Positions 52,501 to 61,146 of a stretch of DNA of 64,000 bases are shown piece by piece. Positions within the stretch are counted from its first letter, which is position 1; each line of letters begins with the position of its first letter. The translations under genes were made by a program, and so were the position numbers. The DNA comes from an uncultured delta proteobacterium. Its GTDB lineage: Bacteria > Myxococcota_A > Polyangia > Polyangiales > Polyangiaceae. Below the pieces are notes generated by a model. That model was not told the DNA's origin. It worked only from the letters and a program-made list of their open reading frames with translations, and made no database searches. Location of the stretch: contig CAVQUB010000033.1 of NCBI GenBank assembly GCA_963716725.1, positions 64,001 to 128,000 of the forward strand, read 5' to 3'.

Positions 52501-52697
52501 TCACCGCGGCCTTGGCGCTGATCCCCATCGTGCTCAGCGCCGGCGAGCCCGGTGCCGAGCTTCAGGCGCCCATGTCAGCGGTGATCTTGGGCGGTCTGAC
52601 CAGCTCGACCCTGCTCAACCTGCTGGTGATTCCGGCATTGTTTGCGCGATTCTCTCGGCCCACGCCGGCGCTCGCCGAATCGCCCGCGGTCGGCTAG
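49593..52697 (+). CDS. Heavy-metal RND efflux permease (CzcA/CusA family)
   Basis: [51 protein letters not shown] and [10 protein letters not shown]. Confidence 0.93.
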   Translation: [1034 protein letters not shown]

Positions 52698-52706
52698 CTT
52701 TCCGGC

Positions 52707-53528
52707 ATGTCATCGCTCGGTCGGATCGCTCTCGCTGCGTTGCCCTGCGCGTTCTTGGTGTCTTCGTTCTTCGCCTGCGGTGGTCCCTCGCAACGCAGCT
52801 GCGCTTCCGAGGCGCCCTGGAGCGGCACCTGCAAGCTCAAGTCGGTGGTGAAAATCCGACACACCGAGCTCCCGGTGCCTCACGGGATCTTCGAGGTCAT
52901 CTACGAGCCACAGTCGAACCCATCGAATCCGAACTTCACTCCGCCGGCCCTGCGCGAAGAGATCCGAGTGCTCGCGTCGCAGGAGCTGGAGCTGGACGAC
53001 TACTTCAAGAAGAACGAGACGGCCCCGTGTCAGATGGCGGCTTCGCCCCAGGGCACCTGCCAGCCGGGCGCGGTGAGCATCGCCTTGCCGCAGTTCCAAC
53101 CCACCGGAGCGACGCCCTCGCAAGAGATCCGCGGCTGCGCCCAGATCGAGTCCCAGGCCAGCCAAGACCGCCTGCCGGAGCTCAGCAAGAACGCTCAGCA
53201 GATGCCCGAGATCATGCTCTTCGGCGAGTCTTCCGCCGCCACGACCCCCGAGATCGTTCAGGCTGCGCAAGCTGTGGCGCAGCGGATCAAGTCGTCCCCG
53301 GGGATCGAGTGCGTGGCCGTCGTCGGCCAAGTCTCTCCGGGCGAGCAGGGCGCGGTCGCGACCGAGCGCGCCAAGGCTATTCGTCAGATCCTGCTTCAGA
53401 ACGGCGTCGAGCCCGCGCGTCTCACGACCATCACCGTCACCGCTGCGGTCTACGGCGGCGGCACCGAGGCCCCGCCGCCCGATCCCGCCAAGCGCCGCGT
53501 CACGCTTCGAGTGCTGTTGGCGCGCTGA
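52707..53528 (+). CDS. Lipoprotein with OmpA-like C-terminal domain
   Basis: Lipobox FFAC and ATERAKAIRQILLQNGVEPARL...KRRV. Confidence 0.65.
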   Translation: MSSLGRIALAALPCAFLVSSFFACGGPSQRSCASEAPWSGTCKLKSVVKIRHTELPVPHGIFEVIYEPQSNPSNPNFTPPALREEIRVLASQELELDDYFKKNETAPCQMAASPQGTCQPGAVSIALPQFQPTGATPSQEIRGCAQIESQASQDRLPELSKNAQQMPEIMLFGESSAATTPEIVQAAQAVAQRIKSSPGIECVAVVGQVSPGEQGAVATERAKAIRQILLQNGVEPARLTTITVTAAVYGGGTEAPPPDPAKRRVTLRVLLAR

Positions 53529-53534
53529 GCAGGC

Positions 53535-53600
53535 GTCGACGGGTCAGGTTGATGCGCTCGCCGGTCAGGGCGGGCTGTTTCGGCACGCCGTGGCGCAGCT
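53535..53600 (-). pseudogene. Possible AlkB-like 2OG-Fe(II) dioxygenase C-terminal remnant
   Basis: The intergenic minus strand reads LRHGVPKQPALTGERINLTRRR, resembling the AlkB-family H.VPK...RINLTFR end. Confidence 0.4.
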
Positions 53601-53632
53601 CCGCCACGATGCAGGCGAGACGTCGACGCGAC

Positions 53633-54307
53633 TCACGCCTTGGTCTTCGCGGGCACCTTGGGCTGCTTCTTATCCATTTCTTTGAAGCGCCGCTCCAGCT
53701 CTTTCATGCGCTTTTCCATCCGCTTCGGATCCGCCGGCTGGTCCTGACCGTCGTTCGGCCACTTCCACTGCCACTGCTTGAAGAAGCGCTTCGAGTTGCC
53801 GGGCGCCGTGCCCTTGAACAGATCACCGAAGCCGTCGAACGAAAAGTCGAAGTCCAGATCGCCATCGGTCGGCGCATCGCTGTCGAGCTTGGCCTGCAGC
53901 TGGATCGTGCGTCGAGCGCGCACGACGGTGACGGGCACCAGCTCGCCGGACTTCTTGTCGGCCAGCGCCCTCGACACGTCGCTCGGTCCGTCCACGGGCT
54001 CGCCGCCGACGCGCGTGATCACGTCACCGACCTTGAGACCAGCCTTCGCCGCCGGAGTCCCCGCTTCGACACGCTGCACGAGGATGCCGGCGTCCTTGGG
54101 CGCGCCGAAGTGGTCGCGCAACTCTTCGGTCATGTCGGTGGCGTGCGCGCCGAGGCGGCCCTTGCCGCTCTTGAACGAGAAGCTCCACGACGACGCCGGG
54201 GGTTTGGCCGGCGCGGCGGCCGGCGGCTTCGGCTTCGCCTTGGGTTGGGCGACCGCGGGTGCGGAAACCAGGAGGGCGGCGATGAAGAGGGCGACTGGGG
54301 CTCTCAT
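53633..54307 (-). CDS. Exported PDZ-domain protein
   Basis: Signal peptide, GRLGA..MTEELRDHFG and GTPAAKAGLKVGDVI. Confidence 0.85.
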   Translation of the reverse strand: MRAPVALFIAALLVSAPAVAQPKAKPKPPAAAPAKPPASSWSFSFKSGKGRLGAHATDMTEELRDHFGAPKDAGILVQRVEAGTPAAKAGLKVGDVITRVGGEPVDGPSDVSRALADKKSGELVPVTVVRARRTIQLQAKLDSDAPTDGDLDFDFSFDGFGDLFKGTAPGNSKRFFKQWQWKWPNDGQDQPADPKRMEKRMKELERRFKEMDKKQPKVPAKTKA

Positions 54308-54356
54308 GGCGGGCCAAGCGTAGCACTGGGTCCGCGGCGTGCCGTGGCGGCGGTGA

Positions 54357-54929
54357 TCAGAGCCTCACGTCCGCCCACAACACCCCGAGATCGAGCGCGA
54401 AGGCGTCGAAGGGCTCGGCCCGTACGGTCTCGTCCCTCTGATGCACCGACAGAATGGAATAGCGTCCAGCCTCTAGCCGGAGCACTTCGAGCAGGCGGGC
54501 CAGCGGATCCACGAGCCAGACGTGTGGCACGAGCTCGCGAGCGTAGACTGGAAGCTTGTCGGCGCGGTCGACACGCGCCGTGGTCGGCGACAGCACCTCA
54601 CACACCCAGTCTGGCGCGAGCGTGAAGTAGGGCTGTTCGTTGGTCAGCTCTGGGAGCCGCGCCTTGCGCCAACCGGCCAAGTCGGGGACGAGCACGTCGT
54701 CGCCCAGATGAAGCTCGGGCTCGTCGAGAAGGATCCAGCCCCCGGGCCCACCTCGGCCTCGCTTGAACGGAGGACCGAGCTCTTCGCCGAGCGCCGACGA
54801 AGCGGCGGCGTGGGGCTTCGCGGGGCGCGGAGAGAGGCGCAGCTCGCCGTCGAGGATTTCCGCGACCAGATGCTTGGGCGCGCGCAAGAGGTCCTCGTAC
54901 GTTGCCCGGCGCCGCGCGGGAGCGACCAT
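54357..54929 (-). CDS. Uma2 (DUF820) family endonuclease
   Basis: AEILDGEL, LVPDLAGWR, PDWVCEVLSP, DRADKL and HVWLVDP. Confidence 0.92.
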   Translation of the reverse strand: MVAPARRRATYEDLLRAPKHLVAEILDGELRLSPRPAKPHAAASSALGEELGPPFKRGRGGPGGWILLDEPELHLGDDVLVPDLAGWRKARLPELTNEQPYFTLAPDWVCEVLSPTTARVDRADKLPVYARELVPHVWLVDPLARLLEVLRLEAGRYSILSVHQRDETVRAEPFDAFALDLGVLWADVRL

Positions 54930-54974
54930 GACGCAAGCATACGGCCCGACGTGACGCGCGCGCAACGACGGCCG

Positions 54975-56362
54975 TCAGGCCCAGCCAGACTTTGGCGCGA
55001 TCTTCGGCCAGGGACGCGCGCTCTCGATGCTCGCCGCGAGCTCGAGCAACAACCGGTCACGCCCGTGCGCCGCAGAGAGCTGAACCCCGATCGGGGTCCC
55101 GACGGAGCTCATGCCCCCGGGCAGCGAGATCGCGGGCGCGCCGGCCGCGTTCTGCAGCGGAGTGAAGGGAATGTACTGTCGGACCCGGTCGAACACGGTG
55201 TCAAAGCCGAGCTTTGGCGAGAAGTGCCCGAGGGGCGGGGGTGGGTGTGCCGTGGTCGGCGAGATCAGTACGTCGACGGAGTTCATGGCCTCGGCGTACG
55301 TTCGGGTGAAGCCGCGGAGTCGGCGCGTGGCACCGAGGACTCTTCCCACGCGCGAGGTGAATGCGCTCGACAACCCTCGAGCCCACGGCTCGAGCTGCGC
55401 GCGGTCGAATCTCCAGTGCAACGTGACGGGTGCGGTCGCGATCTGGAGCCAGGCGACCATGGTCCAGTAGTCCAGAAAGTCGTCACTGACCTGCCCGTCG
55501 AAGGGACAATCGATCTCCTCGACCGTGTGTCCAAGCGACTCGACGAGCTTGCCCAGGGCTAGCGCCGCGTCGCGGTGTTCGGGATCCACCGGCGTGCCCA
55601 GGGGCGCGTCGGTGAAGACCGCGACGCGCAGACCTCGGGGGGCTCGGGCGCCATTGGGCCCATGGCCGGCACGCCCTTCGGTGGACGATGCGACTCGAGC
55701 GCCTGGTGGAACGCCGCGGTGTCCCGCACCGAGCGCGAGACGACGCCGTGCACGGCGATGTTGACCGGCAGCAGCTCCGAGCCCTCCATGTCGAAGCGTC
55801 GACGAGACGGCTTCAGCCCCACGAGGCCGCAGCAGGCAGCGGGGATCCGGATCGATCCGCCGCCGTCAATGGCGTGTGCGATGGGCACGACGCCGGCCGC
55901 CACCAGGCAGGCCGCGCCCCCCGAGGAGCCACCGGACGATCGCGACGGCACCCACGGATTGCGGCAGGGGTCGCGGTCGAGAGGCTCGGTGGTGCCCGTG
56001 AGCCCCAGCTCGGGGGTTGCGCTCTTTCCCAGCGTCACGAAGCCCAGCGCTTCGATGTCTCGCACCGAAGGATCCGTGCGGCGCGACTCGTACGCGCCGG
56101 CGCCGCGCGAGCCCCAGGTCGTCCTCACGCCGGCGAGCTGGGCCAGATCCTTGATGAAGCTCGGCACGCCGGCGAAGGGTGCGGGGCCCAGATTGCGCAG
56201 TTGTTCGCGGGCGCGATCGAAGGTGGCGGTCACCACCGCGCCCAGGGGACGGGCCTCTTCTGCGCGGACGATCGCGGCTTCGACAACTTCGCCCACAGAC
56301 ACCTCGCGGAGGCGAATGCGCTCTGCCGTTTCGACGGCGTCCCAACTCGCAAGCTCCTTCAT
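54975..56362 (-). CDS. Amidase signature family protein; frameshifted at a G6 run (55637-55642)
   Basis: FAGVPSFIKD, GGSSGG and DGGGSIRIPA; the C-terminal part (FTPLQNAAGAPAISLP, PIGVQL) is in a second frame. Confidence 0.88.
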
Positions 56363-56371
56363 CGTGACTCT

Positions 56372-56875
56372 CTAACGCACCCGCAGCCAGCGCTGACCTT
56401 CGAGCGTGTACTCGATGCTGTAGTTCTCGTCGTCGAGGGGCGCGATCTGCCGCTTGGTGCCGCCCGACTTTTCGAAGGTCCACTTCTCGTCCCACTTTTC
56501 GTCGCGATCGAGATCGATCTTGGCGCGGTTGACGCGGCTCTCACCGGCGTCCTTGTACAGGTTCACCTTGTACCTTCGCCCGCGCACCGCGTCCTTGACC
56601 TTGTCGCCCGAGATCGGGACCGCGGCGGCGGCGATGATCGCGCGATCCATCTCGCCGAGCGGTAGCTCCTTGGTCCCGACCGAGGCGGTCGCGGTCGGTG
56701 GGGGGGCGGTCGTCGCCACTGGCTCTGCGACCGGAACCGCGACTGCCGGCGGCACTGGCTCGGCCACCGGAACCGCCGGCCGCGTGGCCAGGAACACCAC
56801 GCAGGTCCCGAACCCACCCAGCACCACCAGGAGCCCGCCGCCGATCAGCAGGCCTTTGAACGTATTGTACTTCAC
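56372..56875 (-). CDS. Hypothetical membrane-anchored protein with DxDxD-type loop
   Basis: GTG start overlaps the upstream stop; one TM helix, Pro/Ala linker and IDLDRDEKWDEKW. Confidence 0.7.
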   Translation of the reverse strand: MKYNTFKGLLIGGGLLVVLGGFGTCVVFLATRPAVPVAEPVPPAVAVPVAEPVATTAPPPTATASVGTKELPLGEMDRAIIAAAAVPISGDKVKDAVRGRRYKVNLYKDAGESRVNRAKIDLDRDEKWDEKWTFEKSGGTKRQIAPLDDENYSIEYTLEGQRWLRVR

Positions 56876-57792
56876 GCCGCGCCTCCCAACGCCTCGCGCG
56901 CCATCATGCCACGGGCGATGGGCACGGAGCAGTAGCAGTGTCGATACAAACAAGGCTCCGGCGCGGTCAGGATCCGGAAGCTCGGATCGAGGAAGTTCCC
57001 GAGCTTGCCCAGGGATCGCTCGCGTTCGGGGTTCGGGATCTTGCCGGAACCCACGCGCAGCGCCGTGAGCACGCTTCGGCGCGCCGGGTAGCAGCGATAG
57101 ACCTCGCCTCGATCATCCATGACGAAGAAGCGCGCCCCGGCCCAACACGCCCTTCCGAAGAAGTCGTAGGCCATGGCCCCGAGGCCGTTGTGGCCCCCGA
57201 GTTCCTCGATCAGCGCGACGTCCGCCGGCTCGTAGTCGACGATGTGACCCTCGTCGCGCTCGGGCTGGATTTTGAGGGAGATGCCTGCGTCGGCGAACAG
57301 CCTCGCGAGCTCAGGGAGCCGTGGCAGCGAGGCGGCGGTGGCGACGGTGGTCACGCAGAGGCTCGCGCTCGTGTCTGCGAGCCGTGAAGCGATCCGCTGC
57401 GCGCGCTTGGCGAAGGCGCCCACGTCGTCCACGTACTCGAGGTGCAAGCTGGCCGACAGCACGCCCAAGCGGCCCGCGGCAGCGTCGAGGAAGCGATCGA
57501 GCTCGGCGTCGGTGGCCGAGAGGTTCGTGACCACCGAAATCCGCAGCTCGAGCGCCGCCAGACCGGTCACGATCTCGATGAAGCGCGGGTGCACGAAGGG
57601 CTCGCCGCCGGAGAGCTTGATCTCCCACGATCCCGGCAGGCGGCCGAAGGCCCGCAGGAACGCCGGCGTGTCCCTGGCCCACCGCCCGCGGTCGTCCTTC
57701 ATGCGCTGGGAGCAGTAGCTGCAGCGGAAGTTGCACGAGGTGCACACGTTCCAGGCGATCACGCCCTCGGTCGGCTCCGGCGGCGCGTTCAC
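56872..57792 (-). CDS. Radical SAM protein 3
   Basis: CTSCNFRCSYC, LSGGEPF, VVTNLS, CWAG..C and CLYRHCYC. Confidence 0.88.
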   Translation of the reverse strand: MNAPPEPTEGVIAWNVCTSCNFRCSYCSQRMKDDRGRWARDTPAFLRAFGRLPGSWEIKLSGGEPFVHPRFIEIVTGLAALELRISVVTNLSATDAELDRFLDAAAGRLGVLSASLHLEYVDDVGAFAKRAQRIASRLADTSASLCVTTVATAASLPRLPELARLFADAGISLKIQPERDEGHIVDYEPADVALIEELGGHNGLGAMAYDFFGRACWAGARFFVMDDRGEVYRCYPARRSVLTALRVGSGKIPNPERERSLGKLGNFLDPSFRILTAPEPCLYRHCYCSVPIARGMMAREALGGAA

Positions 57793-58637
57793 GGCGAGAC
57801 TCCCTCGATCATGCCGCGATTGGCGGGCACCGCGCAGGGGCAGATGGAATAGCTGCACTCGCTCGCGGCGGTGCGGCGCTGAAAGCTGCCGTCGAGCACG
57901 TTTCCCAAGGCCCCCTCGGAGAAGCGCTTCGACGTTCGGCAGCTCCAAGCGTCGCCGCGTTGGGTGAGCACGAAGTAGTCGGCGCCAGCCCAGCAGCGCT
58001 TGCCAAGGTGGCTTGGCGCCATGTTGGCGGCGCGGGAGGTCGGGGCCTCGCCCACCAAGACGCGCAGCTTCAGCCGGTCGTCTGCGTCGTAGTCGAAGAC
58101 GCCGCCCTTGGTCTTGAGCACCTGCGGGAACAAATGAAGGCCCACGGCTTCGAGCGCCGCTCGCGCGCGAGCCACGCGATCGAGCTCGGCGGGGACGAGC
58201 ACGGTGTTGATCACCAGCCGTGCTTCGGGGTCCATCAGTTCCCGCAGCCGCCGCGCCTTGTCGACGAACTCGCTCACCTCGACGTGCTCGAAGTGCAGGC
58301 TCGCGCTCACGATCTCGAGTCGCCCCCGGGTGAGGCGGGCGAAGCGCTCGAGCAGATCGAGCGGCGCCGACAGGTTGGTGAGCACCGAGATCCGGTGAGC
58401 GGTGCGCTCGATCAGCCCGGGGACGATGCGCGCCAAGAATCCCCGAAAGGCGAAGGGCTCGCCCCCAGTCATCTTGATCTCCCAGCTCGGGGTCAGGGCC
58501 GAGAAGAAGTCGAGGAAACCGTCCAGATCCGCCTCCGTGGGGTGCCCGGTGCGGTATTTCTTGCTCTGGATGCAGTAGCTGCAGTCGTAATTGCAGACGC
58601 CGCACACCTGCCACTCGACGGTGGGTCGGCGGCTCAA
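57789..58637 (-). CDS. Radical SAM protein 2
   Basis: CGVCNYDCSYC, MTGGEPF, VLTNLS, CWAG..C and CSYSICPC; TTG start overlaps the upstream stop. Confidence 0.88.
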   Translation of the reverse strand: MSRRPTVEWQVCGVCNYDCSYCIQSKKYRTGHPTEADLDGFLDFFSALTPSWEIKMTGGEPFAFRGFLARIVPGLIERTAHRISVLTNLSAPLDLLERFARLTRGRLEIVSASLHFEHVEVSEFVDKARRLRELMDPEARLVINTVLVPAELDRVARARAALEAVGLHLFPQVLKTKGGVFDYDADDRLKLRVLVGEAPTSRAANMAPSHLGKRCWAGADYFVLTQRGDAWSCRTSKRFSEGALGNVLDGSFQRRTAASECSYSICPCAVPANRGMIEGVSP

Positions 58638-59713
58638 GTCTCGCCTCCACGGCCGATGACCTCCAGAAAACGCTGCTTGCCGTAGCGCTCGGCGAAACGC
58701 GCGCCGAGCTCGACGTTCTGGCTGAGCTTGCCGCACTGGTGGCAGCCGTCGAAGTATTCGCCGCGACGCAGGCGCGCTCGGAGCGCGTTCCAAGCGTCGC
58801 CGCGCCACAGATCGCTGAACCGCGCCTCGCTCAGCCTGCCCACCACCACCTCGGTGTTGCAGCAATACAGGACCGTGCCGTCGACGGTGATCCGCGAGTA
58901 GGCGTAGCCCATGAAGCAGCCGATGTCCGCGATGGGCGCGGTGGATCGGCCGCCGGCCCGGAGCTGCTCCGCGAAGACCACGAGGTTCGTCGAAACGCCG
59001 AGGGCTCGCGCGAGTTCGAGCGCGCGGGGCACGCCGTCGTCGGAAAGCTGGGCGCGCTGCTCCTCGCCGATGCCACAGGTCTCGGTGCCGCCGCGCAGGC
59101 TCGCGAGCTTGAAGGTCACCGCCAGCGCGTTGGCGTCTTTGGCGAGCTGGATCATCTCCGGCAGCTCGTGGGCGTTGGTCTCGCACACCACCTGCACGTG
59201 TTTGTAGCGCCGTCCGGCCTCGCGGAAGCGCGCCAGCGCCGAGTGCAGGCGGGACCACTCGTCGCCGCGGAAGCTTGGGTGAAACGCCCGGTAAGAAGCC
59301 TCGCTCGCGCCGTGAATGCCGATCAAGAGCTGATCGACGCTCAGCTCGATCAAGCGTTCGGGATCGGCGGCCGCGAGGTTGGTGATGATCGTCAGCTGAA
59401 GCCCGCGGGCTTTCACCGCGGCGATCATCCGGTAGATGTCCGGGTGGGTGAAGGGTTCGCCCATGCCGCTCAGGATGATCTTGCGGAAGCCGCCGAGACT
59501 CCCGATGTCTTCGAGCAGCGCTTCGAGCGCTTCGAGCGAGAGCCGGCCGCGTTTCCAGTCGCTGGTTCGAGCCAGCCGGAGCAGCGGCGAGTGATCCCAG
59601 CAGGTGATGCAGTTGGTGTTGCAGCCGTTGGTGACGTCGACGTGCACCGTCTCGGGGCCCGCGAGCACGCGGCCCTGATCGAGGCTCAGCAGCGCGGCGG
59701 GCAGCTGCTTCAC
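58634..59713 (-). CDS. Radical SAM protein 1 with SPASM/twitch-like C-terminus
   Basis: CNTNCITC, SGMGEPF, ITN and CFMGY..DGTVLYCC..LW..CHQC. Confidence 0.9.
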   Translation of the reverse strand: MKQLPAALLSLDQGRVLAGPETVHVDVTNGCNTNCITCWDHSPLLRLARTSDWKRGRLSLEALEALLEDIGSLGGFRKIILSGMGEPFTHPDIYRMIAAVKARGLQLTIITNLAAADPERLIELSVDQLLIGIHGASEASYRAFHPSFRGDEWSRLHSALARFREAGRRYKHVQVVCETNAHELPEMIQLAKDANALAVTFKLASLRGGTETCGIGEEQRAQLSDDGVPRALELARALGVSTNLVVFAEQLRAGGRSTAPIADIGCFMGYAYSRITVDGTVLYCCNTEVVVGRLSEARFSDLWRGDAWNALRARLRRGEYFDGCHQCGKLSQNVELGARFAERYGKQRFLEVIGRGGET

Positions 59714-61146
59714 GGCGCAGGCTCCGAGCGCAGCAGGGCCTCGGCGACGGCGTCGCGCCGGCGGGCGACGCTGGGCTCCGGGTTCTTGCGCAGCGCTTCT
59801 CGGGCGACCTCGCAGGCGCGTGGGGCTGGCAGCTTCGCGTCGCGCGCGAGCTCGAACAGCGCCTGAGAGCGTTGCAACAACTCGCCGAGCTCCCGGGCCG
59901 GGCTGGCACGTCCGCCGTCGCCGTCGAGCAGGTGCATCATCCCGATCAGCTGGGCCTCGTCGACCTCGAGCGCCCGCGCCTGCTCGATCAGGGCATCGCT
60001 GACCGCGACCTCGGCGCGATCGATGTCGCTGGTGGGCAGGCAGGTGCGCAAGAGCTCCGCCGCGGCGACTCGCGCGCAGTTCTTCGGGACCAGCTTCTTT
60101 GCGGCCAGCGCCGCTGCCCGGTGGGTCGCCGGCTCGAGCAGATCGGCGACCGCGGCGGTCAGATCGGTCGGTGGCGCGTCGTGGGAGAGCATGCGTGCCG
60201 CACCGGCGCGCACCGCGCGCATCGCCCGCGAGCCCTGATCGTCCGCGATCTTGTCCTGCGGAACGAACACCGTCGGCACTCCCGCCAACATCAGCTCGAC
60301 GGCGCTGTTGTAGCCCGCCGCGCTGACGGCCACGTCGAAGGCGGCGCCGAGCTCCGCCGCCGGTTCGTTGACCAGCGGCGTGATCCGCGGGTGGCGCGGC
60401 ACGCGTCCGCGATAGAGGGGCCCAGTGCCGAGCACGAGGACCATCGCCGGATCGAAGGCCAGCAGCGCCTCGACCGAGCGGATCAGCTGGGCCTCGGCCC
60501 CGGCGTCGCCGCCCCCGCCGGCCGACACGTACACGACGCGCGCGTCGCGAGCGATGCCGAGGCGGTCCCGGGCCGCGTCGCGGGTCATCAGCTCGACGCG
60601 TTCGCGCACGGCGATGGGCCCCACGAAACGAGTGCGCGGCCGCGCGGCGTCGGGGATCAGGACGGACGACTCACCCTCGTGCTCGGGCACGATCACCGTG
60701 TCGTAGAGCGGCAGGAGCGTCTGCACGTCGGGGCGCCGCGCGAAGTCGTCGAGCATCGGGCGGTAGATGAGCGCGCGCTTCTTGCAGAGGTCGAGCACGC
60801 CCATGAGCTCGCCGAAGGAGCCGCGCGGGAAGGTGTCCACCACGAACAGATCCGGTCGCACCAGCCCGATCGAGTGCCAGACCCATTGCTTTGCGAGGGC
60901 GAGGTAGGTCGCCTTGTCGATCCCGGCGGCCCCGACCACGGTCTTCGATGGCAGCTTGAAGGAAGCAAAGCCTTCGGAGAGCGGCAGGCCCTCGGCCTCG
61001 CTCGAGGTCAGGAAGTAGATCTCGGCGCGCACGTCGGCCCAGGCCGCGTAGCGCCGGATCCAACGGCTGATGGCCACCAGCCGCGTGAGGTGTCCCGCGC
61101 CGGAGCCGTTCACCGCGTAGTTCACCACCCGCAGACTGCGTTTCAT
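59710..61146 (-). CDS. GT-B glycosyltransferase (GT28/MurG-like) with C-terminal extension
   Basis: NGSGAGHLTR, PDLFVVD, SAGGGGD, SAAGYNS..ELMLAGVP and DDQ. Confidence 0.82.
   Translation of the reverse strand: MKRSLRVVNYAVNGSGAGHLTRLVAISRWIRRYAAWADVRAEIYFLTSSEAEGLPLSEGFASFKLPSKTVVGAAGIDKATYLALAKQWVWHSIGLVRPDLFVVDTFPRGSFGELMGVLDLCKKRALIYRPMLDDFARRPDVQTLLPLYDTVIVPEHEGESSVLIPDAARPRTRFVGPIAVRERVELMTRDAARDRLGIARDARVVYVSAGGGGDAGAEAQLIRSVEALLAFDPAMVLVLGTGPLYRGRVPRHPRITPLVNEPAAELGAAFDVAVSAAGYNSAVELMLAGVPTVFVPQDKIADDQGSRAMRAVRAGAARMLSHDAPPTDLTAAVADLLEPATHRAAALAAKKLVPKNCARVAAAELLRTCLPTSDIDRAEVAVSDALIEQARALEVDEAQLIGMMHLLDGDGGRASPARELGELLQRSQALFELARDAKLPAPRACEVAREALRKNPEPSVARRRDAVAEALLRSEPAP

Noticed and set aside
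54357..56362. Amidase and Uma2 as core members of the rSAM operon
   Set aside because: They are co-oriented but not overlap-coupled and belong to widespread families; membership is possible for the amidase (9-bp gap) but unsupported.
56872..58637. rSAM pair as prokaryotic viperins
   Set aside because: They lack the viperin N(Y/F)H..CNxxCxFCF context and have Cys-rich tails that viperins do not.
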